Assembly (NCBI GenBank): GCA_963924565.1
Contig: OZ004608.1
Span: forward strand, 7,440,001 to 7,504,000
Source: Ascidiella aspersa
Taxonomy: Eukaryota
DNA: 64,000 nt
Reading direction: 5' to 3'
The notes beneath the pieces were generated by a model, which worked only from the letters and a program-made list of their open reading frames with translations, was not told the origin of the DNA and made no database searches. Positions 1-13,496 of the stretch are shown piece by piece (the stretch's first letter is position 1; each line of letters opens with the position of its first letter). A program made the position numbers and the translations under genes.

Positions 1-410
1 ATTTTTTAGGTTTACTTGAAATGTCCAAATGGTTTGCAAAATAAACGAAAACTCCTAATCTAGCTAAATATCATATGATTGATGTGTGTCGACCCACAGT
101 TGTTTCTATAACAAAACGCTTCAGCATTATCCTCATCGTAACCTTTTCAAGAAAGTTCACTTCTTTATATCGGGCTTCCGCACAATGTGTGACGTATACG
201 ATGCGACGAGGAAATGTGCACAGCGGACAACATGAGTGAATTTTTTAAGGGAATACTATTCGCGTATTTACCTTACGTTAAAAAAAAGATAAAGGATATA
301 TTCAGATATATGTATGCTACTTGTAGTATAAGCTTGAACAAATCGTTTATGCTCAAAATATTCATTAGTGAACACAAGTGCAATAACAAAATAAAGTGAA
401 AGATTGCTAA
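1..410 (+). repeat. Diverged copy of the block immediately upstream of G1 (about 4150-4545)
   Basis: Shared strings include gatgtgtgtcgacccacagttgtttct, aagaaagttcacttctt, gggcttccgcacaatgtgtgacgtatacgatgcgac and gtttatgctcaa. Confidence 0.85.
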
Positions 411-1534
411 GTATTAAAAGTGGGCTATACCAAAAGAAAATTGTAAACCTTGTTTCTAAACCGAAGATCCTAACCGCGTTGAAATATTTTACCACCGTGC
501 AAGTTTTATTTTTACGAAGATAGCATGTTGCAATTTTAATCTGACCACACATATAGGTCGCACATTAACCGTAAATCAAATGTTGCGCAAACTTGTAGAG
601 GTTAAACTTTATTTTTTTTCATACACAGTTAAAATAAATAGAAGACAATGGTAAAAATTACACGAAAATATAATACATCGGTTTGTCTTTCCTTGATTAG
701 GCGTTGACGTTCGGGTGTTGAAAAAACGTCTAAGCCGAACTGATCTGTTTGTTCTATGTCAGTTAGGCAGTCTAAAAATTTTCCACCGCTCATCATAAAG
801 TCACTTGTTAGATTACTGGAAATAACGGGTTGGGGACTACTGGCTAAATGGTGATGTCATTTCGCAGGTTGCAAACAGTGTAGCCGCCAACTAACCTAGC
901 ATTAAACTTCTGAACAATCAACGTAAATACCATTCGCTTGATCGACCCCATAAGCATAGCCTATCTTTTTAAATAACCTTATGTCATACCCATACAAAAC
1001 TGCTACCACAAATCATGGATACTTTAGAAGTTACTGCTGTTTTTCACAAGGGAAAGTGTTGTTACTTTGTGTTTATTGTGACTAAAATTTACTTGGACAA
1101 ATTAGAACTGAGTTATTTAATTTAGTTTTAATAGGCCTGTTGAAACCTACCCAGGAACAACTTTTTGATGAATTGTTTGTAAGAAAAATTTTTAGCAAAG
1201 TTGGCTGAAAAGCTTTGCCTTTATCGAGCATGAAATTTTGAAATTCGGCAAATGGACAGAGGGTTCACATAGGCTATACATAAAACTCAATGAACTGCGT
1301 TGCCCTGAAATTGAACTAAGCTTTAAGAGTCCAACTGTGATTATATCAATACTTGACGTTGTAAATTTTATCTGCTACTAATCGTAAATAACATATAATG
1401 TAAATAACATATAAAACACTGTATCAATCAAAGTTGTGAAATATGCGAAAACTAACTTTCAAAAATAAAACGACTTTTAGACCAATTGCTAAATGCCGAA
1501 GCCGCTAAGTCCGACTTCATCTATTAAAACGAAG

Positions 1535-1689
1535 CAATTCAAAAAGTTGAAAGCAGGAACGCCGAACCCGACTCGGTGCTTTCAGACCCCAAAAGGGTGA
1601 AAGAGGACGACGACGGGTACATCGAGTTTAACCCAGGGGAAAGTCCCGCGGCCCCATCGGCGAATGTTTACGCCGGGTTTAAATTTTAG
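1535..1689 (+). other. G0: orphan terminal exon of a short-tail-class receptor (gene remnant, or the last exon of a gene starting before the window)
   Basis: Open frame ...KRVKEDDDGYIEFNPGESPAAPSANVYAGFKF* (TAG 1687-1689) matches the EDDQGYIEFSPS* ends of G2/G3 and QVYVEFNA* of G5. The acceptor position (aag at 1532-1534) is tentative. No CTLD or TM exon was found in 1-1535. Confidence 0.6.
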
Positions 1690-4625
1690 TTCGTTTGAAC
1701 TTTGTAAAATTTGACCACATCAAAATCTGATTTTAATAATAATTTCGGCAGAACATTTGCTTCTGGCCAGAAACTCTGTATTCGGTTAAATTTGTGTGTA
1801 TTCAACCCCATTTTTCGCGAATAGCCCTTTAATTGAAAAAATTAATAAAAGTTTATCAATAAAGTAAAAACTTCTATAACTTTAGTGTTACGTGTTTATC
1901 AACACAGTAAACACTTAATAAAAGTAATTGCTATAAGCCATATCTTATAGAGTGGTATTATCATTAAGTCGTTTTGCGAATTGATAAATAAGGTTTTGGA
2001 TTAGCGCGTTCTTTTGCTTTCGCATAATCAAATGTATTATTGATTGTATAATATAATATTTCATGATGTAATGTTTTCCGTATTGCGTCCGCCCACCTCG
2101 TTTCATAACTGACGTATAACCTTCTTTTAATCTATAAACATGTCAGCCTTGCGGGCGTTGATAATCACGGTTTGCCACCTGTTTCTCTGGCGCCTCCTGC
2201 CGCCGCAAATTGACCTTAAAATAGCCGTCGTAATCTCAAAAGAGTGTCTAGCCATGTTTGCAAAGTGCTGGCCAGTCTTTCAAAGTCAAATATGACGTAA
2301 CTTTCGTGTTCCTTTCTTTCTACGTATGACTATATATTCGTGTCTTAGACATTATTAAACACCACTGTTTAGTTACAAATGCCGTATTGCGTGCTATAAT
2401 TCCGAAACTGAGATCGCAGACATAGGCGGACACGCAACGAGGTTGAGTGATGTCAATTTGATAAAATGATTACATTTATAGCGTTTTTGCTATATGCTAA
2501 TTTCAAAAGTATTTAAATATAAACCTCTGAGGACACCACAAAACAATTGACGAAATGCAATTTGCTTATCATGCACTTAAAGATGAGCTATCTATCAGTT
2601 TCAGCAATTGTCAAATAAAGATTTCACAAAAATATGTGAAAAAGTTTTTTGATTTAAAAAAATATCCTATCACAATTCTAAAATGTCATTATACTACTAT
2701 ACTTCAACAAAGTTGCAATTATATAAGGACACTGGTAATTCAGGCCTAAAAAACACATTCTCACCAAAATACTAAATATAGAATTTGCCAAGAGGAAACA
2801 CTGTTCACAGGCGTCACTTGTATCGATTGGGTGTAACAAACTCTTGCCAAATCAGTGAGGTAAAATACTTCTTATAATGTGAAACTATAAAGGGCACCGG
2901 ACAGTTTAATCAACATAAACATGTTTTGCAGTCTAAAAATTGGAATTTCCGGCTATAAACAATGCGGGTCGTGATCAAGTATATTGAACGGACATCATTA
3001 ACTTGTAGCAATGACGAGTCTAACAGTTTATACAGTACGAAATACTAAGAAGAACTTGTGAAGGAGAATTCACTGTTTTCATTAGAGGTCGTAATAACAG
3101 AGCTTTACACTTTACATAACCTTTTAAACATTTCTTCAAAATATTCATATAGCGTGTGACGCAAAAGCGTTACTAAATCTATTTAAAAGCATATGATCGA
3201 TTTGCCATGTATTGCCGTGTTTCTTCTGACATCAGATGCACAGATAGATATGATAAACGGTAGCATACAAAAAAGTTTTGTTTGGTAACCTGGTGGAAAA
3301 AGGTTTGTTTCATTTTAGCTTGATTTACGTGAAACAAGTTAAAACAGAAATACATACAAGAAAAGAGTTTCGAACAGCTTTCCATAAAGTTTATAGTGTA
3401 TAAAGTACTTGTATGTTTACAAAATAAATTTGATTAAGAATATGTCGATCTGTAATGTTTATTGGTCATGAGGAAGCCTGAAAGGTAAAACAATATAAAG
3501 CTGAATTTCCAGAGGATTTGCTTTTACATTTTCTAAAGTGCGTTTCAGATATCAAGGGTATATTAGGTATAGCAAGACTTCTCTAGGTGGAATTTGATTT
3601 TCATCATTTTAATACGATTGTTCTTAAATTAAAATATTTGAGTTAAACACCATCCACCGAGATATTTTTAGCAAAACTAAAATAAAACGAACAGCTTGCT
3701 ACCACCAAACAAAACACTCAGATTGTGCATTTTGTATTGATATTCGACGATAAGTTATTCAAATAGTAATGCATGTCGTTAATCAGTAGTAAAAATCTAT
3801 TTTTGCTTCTTGATCTTCTCTGCCTATATCGTTTTAGATTTGCACTGGGGAACAATGCCACTGCAAGCAGACAGAAATGTATTATGAAAACCTTATTGAA
3901 ATTGCAAACGTGATGCTATAAAAGAACATTTGGAAAAAGCAGTGTGTTAAACCACAAAACCTGAAGTGACAAAAGCGCTTATCGGCGGCTGATTTTTTTT
4001 TTCAAGTTCCTACCAAAAAAATTGGTGTTAACAAATAGTTTGTGACATGCCAATTTCGCCTAATAACCGTGCTCTCTTTCATATTGTTATTCTTTAAGAT
4101 CGCGAATTGCAATTAAAACGCTGTTGTTGTTTCACAAAAAATAGTTATTGTTGTTAGGGTTACACTTATTTGAAATGTCCAATGGTTGCACAGTAACGAA
4201 AAGCCATTATATAGCTGTACAACATATCGTTGATGTGTGTCGACCCACAGTTGTTTCTTATGTTTTTACAACAAAGCGCCGCAGTGTTATCCTTAACGTA
4301 ACCTTTTGAAGAAAGTTCACTTCTTGATGTGGGGCTTCCGCACAATGTGTGACGTATACGATGCGACAAAAAAAAAAAAATGTGTTAAGGGAAATACTAT
4401 TCGCACATTTACCTAATGACGAAAAAGATAAAGGATGTATTCAGATCTAGGTATTCCACTTGTATAAGCTCGAACAAATAGTTTATGCTCAAGATATCCA
4501 TTATTCAAAATAAGCGCACTAATTAATTAAAGTGAGAGATTACTGGATTTCCCTAAAATTTCATTTTCTAAAAAGATTTTTTTAGTAATTTCTTTTACAG
4601 TTACAAAAGTTTAATAGGTCTAACA

Positions 4626-7600
4626 ATGAAGGGCCTTGTTTTGGTAATAATGGTTATTTGTGTGAGAAGTGGTTACTCCGAAACCTGGCATGTTTTTGGT
4701 AAATACGAGTATCACATTTCAACAAGCATACGAAGCTTTGATGGAGCTCAGTCAGCTTGCAACGCATTGAATGCAAACCTGGCGAAAGTAAACACCAATG
4801 AGATTCAACAATTTTTGACGGACACAATTAACAGCTTATCAGGTGAGGTTTGTACTTATAATGGCAACACAACTGCATACTGACTGGATTTCATTTTCAG
4901 GTTCTGTTAATACACTTTTCATCGGTTTAAAGTGGAACGCGGCACAAAAGGAATACCAATGGGAGGATGGAACTATTTTGGATGTGGCTCAGTGGGGTGC
5001 AAATCAACCAAGCGGTACTTCACACAAATGTGTTGTGATGAACAACAACCTCGATTATTTTTGGGATAATGTGCCATGCGGAAATTGGAACCACTACATA
5101 TGTTCGAAAAAGTTAGGTGCGTTGTAAATATCCCTATATACAATTACAAAAAACATTATAAAATTAATTTACGACGTAAAAATGTATAGGTTTCAATAGA
5201 TATAATTATGGCCATTTTATGAATGTACCCATTTCGGCTGTAGATATAAATAACCAACTCTTATTTGAAACATCCCAAATATTAAAACCCAGCCTAGTGA
5301 CGTATAGCTAATTGACGTATAATATTCCACTCAAATACGCCTCGCCTTACTGAAAAAAAAAAATATATAAAATAAAACTTCGCTTGTTCTATGCAACAAC
5401 ATATTCACCATTAATGCAATAAAATCCATAATTAAAGGGACCACTACCACAACTGCTACCAAAGCGACGTTGCCATCTACATTATCAACCACAACGACAA
5501 CACCATCTAAATTAACAGGTGCTGTGACTGCAACAACAGGAATGCTCCCCAAACCGACAATTTCATCTACTACATCAAGAAATAGTTCAGATGAGGCAGT
5601 CGGTGAGATAAAATTGTTAACTGATAGGAATTGCAGGGTTTAAAAAGCATAACATAAAAAAATATTTCTTGCTTTAAGGTATCAACCCTACCAACGATAG
5701 TGACGACTTGGCAATAATTATACCTGCTGTCATCTGTGGAGTTGTATTTCTTTGCATCGTGGTTGCACTGGTAACTTATAAAGTGTAAGTGCTTTAGGTC
5801 GAACGAAATGCAGCAGGAGATTTAAAGCTAATATCATTTGTAAAATGTGTTTCAGGAAATACCACAAACCTCAAAATACGCTCACACCAACAGCCAACAA
5901 CCGTGCAGGTCAGTCTGTGAAAATATTTTATTGCTATTTTAACAACAGCTTGAACGACAAAAGGTTTGTTGGACTAATTTAACAAAAAAGACCTAATGAA
6001 AAAAAGTTTTTTTTACCAAGGCTTGATGTAGCTGTTCTATATATGGATATTCGTATGGGTCAATAGTTCGTTTTATGTTAAGTGTTATTGTGTATGCGGT
6101 TTACGTTAAATATACGCTAAACAAACAAAGAGTACTTTTTTAACTAAACTGAAATAAGATGTAAATAAATGTAGACATGTCACAATTGTTTTACATTTTT
6201 TTTTTAACCTTATCCTGTTTTGAATTTGTATCCTTTGGAAGATTTAAATGTCATTTTCTTTGCCAGTTGTTATTAGTATTGAAAACGGTTAAAAGGAAAT
6301 TTATTGACAAAGCGTTTACGCACACTTTAGAGCTTTGGTTAGCCGAAGAGCTCACTTTGGTATATGGGTAATTAATTTGAAAGTGTTTTATTACATTGAT
6401 GGATTACTGGAGAAAATCAATTATGAAAAATAAGAGCGAACGGCAACAAGACCGGTAACTGTTAACTTGTCAAGGCAAACTGCACAACTGCACTAAGCAG
6501 TATCAGGCTTACTTTTTTCTCAAAAGTAACCACGTAGTATAAAACTGCAGAACAGCACGTATACGCCGACATCGACGACGCACGCCACGCCCCCGAGAGC
6601 CCGAGCCACGCCTATTCCAGCATCGAAAACGCGAGCTTGCCGGCCGACAGCGCCCAAATCAGCAATGACGACTACTCCAGACTGAACAGGACGGGACTTC
6701 CCCAGTCGGGACCTTCCCACACCAACTTGGTTTACAACATGGACGTCAAGATGCAGCAGCTGAGCGTGGTCGAGTACAGTTCCATTGATAATGATGTGCC
6801 TGGTGCTCCGGGTTCAGTACAAAGGCGCAGGGCGAACGATGGCAATCTGTACTCGGTCGTGAGAAAAGGTGATATATTTGCTTTGTGTTTTGCTTTGTGT
6901 TTTGCTTTGTGTTTTGCTTTGTGTTTTGTTTAGTGATATGTTATATCAGCGGCTTGGATTTTTTTTGAAAAACAAGTCGTGGATTAATTTGTGTAAATAC
7001 AAGACGCGCCTGTCTATTTTTAAGCAGGTGCCGCGGTAATAAAAAGGATCGGTGTACATTAAAATTAAATTAATGTTAGACCACAGTAAAATTAGTTAAT
7101 TTGACAACCAAAATACATAATTATATAGTGCTTTGATCTTTAATATACTTGCTTCAAAGTAAGCCGGCGTTGGCTTTCTGTCGCACATAAATTAAAACTA
7201 GACGTTACATTAATGCGTTGTTATTTACATACCGTTTTGAAGAGTCCACTAAAATATGTTAAAACTGAAAGCTAGACAAATTCGTTGTTGCTTACATATT
7301 AGATTTTTGTTGTAAACACACATGTGTGTTCATTTTTCTTGCTTACATATTGTTCAAAAATCGCACCTAACCTTCAGCTCTTTAATTTCACCCTTAAAGA
7401 CGCGTTTATACTACGCCTGCGCTGAGCTAAACTGGGCGTGAAATTGCGGTATACTATCGCTGCGTAACAGACAAAGTAAAATCACTTTCACGCTTCGATG
7501 GCGGTCGATCAAAGCGTGAAAATCGCTCCAAAGCGTACCTTTTAGGTAGCTGCAAGGAGCTTTAGTTTAGCAAAGCGTCAAAAGCTCGAACAGTATAATT

Positions 7601-7835
7601 AACTGCAATTACGCTTTGCTCAGCTCAGCGCAGCTGTAGTGCAAACGGGCCTTTACGGTGTACTCTTTTTATAAGTCGTATAGAATGCTTGTTACTACGG
7701 CTAACACTGAAAACAAACTGCTTTCCCCAAACAGACAAACCTGGACGAGTGAACACGATTCAAGTTCCCCAAGGCTCAAGTCATGACGTCGCTGCCGACT
7801 CATCTCAGCCGTTTGAAGACCACCAGGAAGCCTGA
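4626..7835 (+). CDS. G1: type I CTLD-mucin-TM receptor with long tyrosine-motif (ITIM-type) tail, about 391 aa
   Basis: Exons 4626-4842, 4901-5116, 5438-5602, 5679-5784, 5856-5908, 6551-6868, 7735-7835, all GT-AG and in frame. Signal peptide; CTLD with FIGL, QPS, WDN and 4 Cys; Thr-rich stalk; TM LAIIIPAVICGVVFLCIVVALVTY; tail motifs HVYADI, HAYSSI, DDYSRL, VEYSSI, NLYSVVRK. Confidence 0.9.
6877..6930. repeat. 12-bp minisatellite (TTTGCTTTGTGT)n, about 4.5 copies, intronic
   Basis: Directly visible just after the G1 tail-exon donor. It explains the FALC repeat in the ORF track. Confidence 0.9.
7398..7652. mobile_element. PIF/Harbinger-like MITE in the last intron of G1
   Basis: Imperfect inverted termini of about 50 bp (agacgcgtttatactacgcctgcgctgagct / agctcagcgcagctgtagtgcaaacgggcct) flanked by TAA and TTA. 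Confidence 0.65.
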
Positions 7836-9950
7836 GAGTTTCCGTTCACGAATTTACTCATCACAACTGCAAAGAACAAAACTATAGATCGTAGTGTGAA
7901 AAAGGATTATATCGGTTTATGTCTCGTAGTTTATTTTTGATTATAGGGTATTTCTCTATGGAATTTAAGCCGCTTACGGCAGGTTAGTTGTTGACTCCTG
8001 CTATAATTGCTTGTAAATAAAAAATATACTTGCTTGTAAATAAAAAAAAAGTAAGCCTAACTTTACCAATCACTAAAAAAACGTTATTTCGCCCTGGACG
8101 TGTTTTTTTTACCGGAATTGAAAATTTTTCCATTTAATTTTTTTCTAAATTTGTATTGATTTGGGTTAATAAACATTACACGGGTCAACAAATTTTCACT
8201 TTTTTCTAAACGAGAATGTTAGTATTTCATCTTAGATGCATTTTTCACGCTGGTACCGAATATACCTATAGTTTTTCTCTAGCCCATCACATTTTTAATA
8301 AATCGCCAATTTTAAAATTTCCGAAAAAATTGCTTTAAAACCACGCACAGCTGTGATACATGGCCTTAAAATTGTCTGACATATAATTTTTTTATACAGA
8401 TAACCTTTTTTAACACAAGGGTCAGTTAGGAAACGTAATGCCTACAGCAGGGCCGCACATCAAATCAACACTAATTCATAGTTTCAGCTTTTACTAGAAA
8501 AACTAATGACCTACTAGACTGCAACTACGGCAGTTTTATAACTTTTCCTACAATTTCCCTTTCTCGTACAGATCGACTCGGTTCAATTTTATTAACAGCC
8601 TCAATTCAAAACATAGCATCTCAGCCAATATGCGTGGCAAAACACCTAGACCGTATCAAAAAAGTGTAATTGTTGCAAAACAATTCTTTATCATAGCAAC
8701 GTGACGCAAGTAAAATGTTAAGAATGAAGATTGTTTTGCATAAAAAATGCTTCCCATTCTAGTTCAACTGAATTAGTGTAGCGGTGTAGCTTATGGGTTA
8801 CTTTGCACTTCAAACAGGAAACTAATAGAGGAAAACTTCCAACATGGTGCACACAATAGACTTATTCAGGGAAAAACTGCTGGAAGAAGGTGAAGGGTCG
8901 CACCAAAAATGGAAAAGGGACGCATGCGGCCAGCGGGCAGCACGTTGCCCACCCCTAACCTAAAGAGTACTTCGTTACATTAAATGACAATATCAACCGG
9001 CTTATTGTTTTGTAAAGTAAGTTAGGCTACCGTCAAAACTCATGTAAACACTTCAACATATTCTGAAAAATTGTAAGTAAAAAAAAAAAGTTTAATTTAA
9101 CGCATCTGAAGCGCTGTTTGGATTTGGCGAAAAGTTTGTGTGCTCTAGGTGTTATCTGTTTTCAAAGTACAGATAAAAAACACCAGCAGATTTATGGTAA
9201 GAAATGGTGCGCCAAATTTGCTAGGTTCGAAAGTAGTAGTTTGACAGGACTGCTGGTTTGCCCTATGTTGCGTTGCTCGTTTGCGAGACGCTGCGGTGTT
9301 TCGTAAATTTTCCTATTCGCAAGTCTTTCAGTTAACCACTTAAGCGCTCAGGCATATACACACTGTTCCATCGCGGTTTGAAAATCTAAATACAGAAAAC
9401 CTTCTATGCTCATTCTTTTTGTTTATATAAAACTACAATCCATTTAATACCAAAAAGCATTCTTTTAAGCGGAGGAAAGACCACGCAACCTCGTGTTTTA
9501 CACCCAAGACTTTATTGCCTTACGGATTTGCTGGGTCATAAACTTTTAAAAGAACTTTCACTTTTACCATACGCGATACATTTACATTGATGTAGATACA
9601 AGTTACCCGAGTAAGCACAATGCCGAAATGTCTAACGTCAGGGACATTGTACAGTATAGCTTTTATCATTATTGTGTATTTCGATGTATTTTTGATCGAA
9701 TAAAAGTTTGCTATGACTTCTAAGTTAAATATATAGACTTAAATTGATTTCGTTTACAACTGACTTTGTGACTCATGTTTGAGATAAAACGACTTAACCT
9801 TTGATTTAGTTTTCATCGAATGTTTGTATGGTTAGATGTATAGTCAGTGTTTTTACTAAAAGCAGTAATATAGTATTTGCACCAAAAGCCGTTTTTGTGG
9901 TTCGCTTAGGTCAATAAAATTCGAAGGATAATATTAACCGTTATATACAA

Positions 9951-10055
9951 TAAAATCGACATTTGCAAACGTTTCAGCTATATCTCATGCATGTTACACT
10001 GATGATGGCATGAGGTATTACCGAAACATTTGTAAACAGCGAAATGTCGATTTTA
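9951..10055 (+). other. Imperfect hairpin containing a hammerhead-ribozyme-like core (Penelope-type relic); second copy at about 15603-15715
   Basis: CTGATGA (9999-10005), a stem-II-like segment, GAA, then ACATTT...AAATGT pairing followed by C (GUC site). Inverted arms aaaatcgacattt / aaatgtcgatttt. Stem I does not pair. Confidence 0.45.
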
Positions 10056-10862
10056 TCGAAAATAAGGTTAACCGATTATAACAGTTTACGTTTTATTGCA
10101 TGACAATGACTTATCTTCGACTGGATTTTCTATTTTTCGCAAATTATTGACTTGGAACTTTAAAACCAAAACAAATAGTGCCTCGAATATTGAGACAGAG
10201 CTGAGCAAAAGTGTAGAGCACATGTACAAGAACCTATATTTGCTGGTTTATTTTAGGGTACACATCAACCCGCTAAATTAGTGTGATAGCTATTAAATAA
10301 TAAGCTAATTTTTAATTTAAAATTTTTTTTTATGTAAACATTTTGTTGTCGTCAACTTTTGTATGTCGATTCATTAGAAACGTTTTGTACACTCACATGG
10401 TCAAAATTCTCTACGTAAAATATTCGCCAAACAAGGATACAACTCTTTAAATAGAAAATGTGCAATGCTATAATTAAGGTGTAGTCTTCTACTTAACCAC
10501 CCTCTCGAAAAACTACACCCGATTGTTTGAGTTTTGGTTACAAGTTTACAGGCGAATATATAACAATGAGAAGAAGTGAAAGTTATTTAGAACGCAGAGT
10601 ATGACTGTGGAACAAGGATAGTTTAAATAGCATAAGTAAAGAATATATTGGAGAACCTAGAGGCTTAGCAAAAGGGTGGAAAATTTACATGTCAGATGTT
10701 AGAAAAGATAAAACACTAATTTAACTGGAGAAGTCTTTTTCTTAAGGAGTTGTATTTAATTTAATGTAATGAAATAAGTATAATCTTTAAATGTTTGCTT
10801 GAGCTTAATTATACTACTTTGAGTTTCATGTGACATTTACCACAGCCTCTCAGGTATTAGAA

Positions 10863-13496
10863 ATGGAAAGTTTGCGTATCTTGATGTTATGTAGTGTGAT
10901 GGGATGTGGTTACACTGTTACCTGGCATGCATTTGGTGATTACGAGTACTACATTTCACCAAGTAATATTACATTTCAACAAAACTTCAGTGGAGCTCAA
11001 TTAACTTGTAACGCAATGAACGCAAGCCTGGCGAAAGTAAACACCAACGATATTCAACAGTTTCTGAGCAAAACTATTACCAACACGCCAGGTAAAATAA
11101 ACTTCCTGTAAATCCTGTTATGTTATTTACAGTACATAAAACAAAATCTTGTCAATTTTTATAGGCTCTATACATGCACTTTACATCGGTTTAAAATGGA
11201 ATGAATCAAGAAATGAATACCACTGGCTTGATGGAGCAATATTGGATGTGTCTCATTGGGGAACAGGGCAACCAAGCCACAATGAGACATGTGTTGCCAT
11301 GGCAAATTATATCAGTTATTTGTGGGATGATGTTTCCTGTGAGGATTTGACGTCATACATTTGTTCAAAATACTCTGGTACTTGTTTGTACTCGTTTTAG
11401 TGGGTCTAAAAGAATAAATAGTTATGGTAAAAATATAAAAACTAAACAAATGTAAATGTAATAGTTGTATTACAGAAGAAACGATTTTACATTATTAGGT
11501 ATAAGCAATAAAGAAAATGAATCTTAAATGATATATAGATTTGTTTGTTTACTGGTTAGATATTTAGTCTAAAAAATAGGTTTAACGGGAAAGTATAGTA
11601 CCTCCCATTTGACACGATGTTGTATCAGTAGGCTTAAAAGTTGTGCTAATTATTATTAGCATATCATGTCTAGTTGAATAATCGAGTCTCCATCAACAGA
11701 AAGAACCACAACAGATATTGCAACAAGCGAAATGACACCTTCAGCTACACATGCTGAAACAACAGACGAGTTCAAAGCCACAACCCTTAATTCAGGTACA
11801 TAACCCAACAAGTCTACAACCTTTATTGCTAAACTCGTCTGAAATAACCGATATGGGTAACTACAATATTTTTGTCACGCTGTCACATTCCTAACTGACA
11901 CAAAACACAGTCGACGATCGTTCTTTATTACGTGACTTTTCGTTTTGGTTGTTAAGATGTTCTTTTAGTCTTACACTTCGCACGTTTATCGACTCTCAGA
12001 ACGAATGATACATTATTTCATTGAAATTTTTTTGAATGTAAGGTGGTATAGACGGCATATAATATATTTTTATATTTCCGAAAAAAATGATATCATTTGC
12101 TAAAACATGGTACAGAAGTCAAGTTTTTTGTCATCCAGCATAACAATGCTAAATATGTATTAACAGTACATTTAATGCAGGCAAAACAACAGCAACAGCA
12201 ACTATGGCAACACAATTAACAACAACATCAACAATTGCAAGTCCAGGTACATAGCTCGGGATTTCGTTTCGTAATTAAAAGTACAAAAACAAAGTTTGTT
12301 TGAAATAACTTTCTAGACTGCTTAGCGATTGTGTGCCGTTAAGAAATTTCCCCAAAATAATATAATTGATAACAAAAGATTAATAGTCCGTCTTATTTCA
12401 TGAACTAAGAAACCTTTAAAGCTTTAAATTAATTGATAACGTTAGATTAAAATGCATATGAAAATTATTGTTCTGATCAAACAAAGAACGTTCTTGTATT
12501 TAAAGTAGGATGCTGTTCATGTCACACTGATGATGAATTGAGTCTTACAACAATAATTCTGACCCACAAAAAAACTTTTACTTTACGTAGAATGCTGTTC
12601 ATGTGCTAATGATGACTTAAGTCTTACAACAATAATTTTGACTGCTGTTACTTCCGGAGTCGTATTTATTTGCATCGTTGAATCACTCGTCATTTGGAAA
12701 ATGTAAGTGGTTTCGAAATCGACATAAATTGTTAAAAGTTGGTTGACTTATAATGTTCATTCTAGGACACGTAACGGGAACGTAAATAATCTAGCACCTC
12801 CGAAAGTCGACTATACAGGTTTGGATTTTCTAAATTGGTTGTAAATATTCAATTAAGTTGCTGTATTTTAAAATAATCAAATACAGGTATTGTTACTGTT
12901 GTACTGAACTATCTCGTGGGATGTATCTTAATGTGTAGACATGTTGATGTTTGCGGCCGAAACACTTAAACTATGTCCAGCATAGTCACGAACAAGTTAA
13001 TTTGTGTTCACAGAAAATTCGTAGTCGCCTATGAAAATATATTGTGATATATATTTGCGCATTTCATTAATATATGTATAAGCATTTTTGTCTCGTCTTT
13101 TGTTAGCAGTTTATAAATTATTACCGCGAATATTTTAAGGATATATAAAGTTGTGTTACCGCTACGATTTTTGACGAATCTGTCTGTTTAGTGTTTTGAC
13201 AGATGTAAAAAGTGTCCAAAATGTGCTATGCACTGTGTTTTTTTGACTGTTCGGTAAACGTTGCGAACTTTGCCTTCTCTTAAAATTACAATGCTATACG
13301 TTAGAGTTGATGTGCACTTCTTGCAGAACGGCAGGTAAACTTTGACGTCGAACCAAAGCAAAACACAAACGTAAAACAACCAAACAAGCCACTACCGTTC
13401 GAAGAAGATGATTCAGGTTACCTTAAACCCCACTCGACTTATCCGCTTCAAAACCTGGAAGATGACCAAGGCTACATCGAGTTTTCCCCTTCTTAA
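10863..13496 (+). CDS. G2: type I CTLD-mucin-TM receptor, short-tail class (CCSC, TM Glu, DxGY motifs), about 312 aa
   Basis: Exons 10863-11091, 11165-11377, 11700-11795, 12181-12246, 12591-12702, 12766-12818, 13327-13496. CTLD QPS/WDD; TM exon ECCSCANDDLSLTTIILTAVTSGVVFICIVESLVIWKM; tail EEDDSGYLKP...EDDQGYIEFSPS*. Confidence 0.88.
12500..12645 (+). repeat. Two-copy tandem repeat (82-bp period) spanning the G2 TM-exon acceptor
   Basis: AG acceptors end at 12508 and 12590, each followed by (g/a)atgctgttcatgt...agtcttacaacaataatt. Confidence 0.9.

Noticed and set aside
1636-1647. Perfect NF-kB-like site GGGGAAAGTCCC (also GGGACTTCCC near 6693)
   Set aside because: Both lie inside coding-type exons and are explained by codons. 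There is no positional support for a regulatory role.
214-4369. Short ORFs in intergenic DNA (and similar 60-100 aa ORFs throughout)
   Set aside because: No domain similarity or splice support. They are expected by chance in AT-rich sequence.
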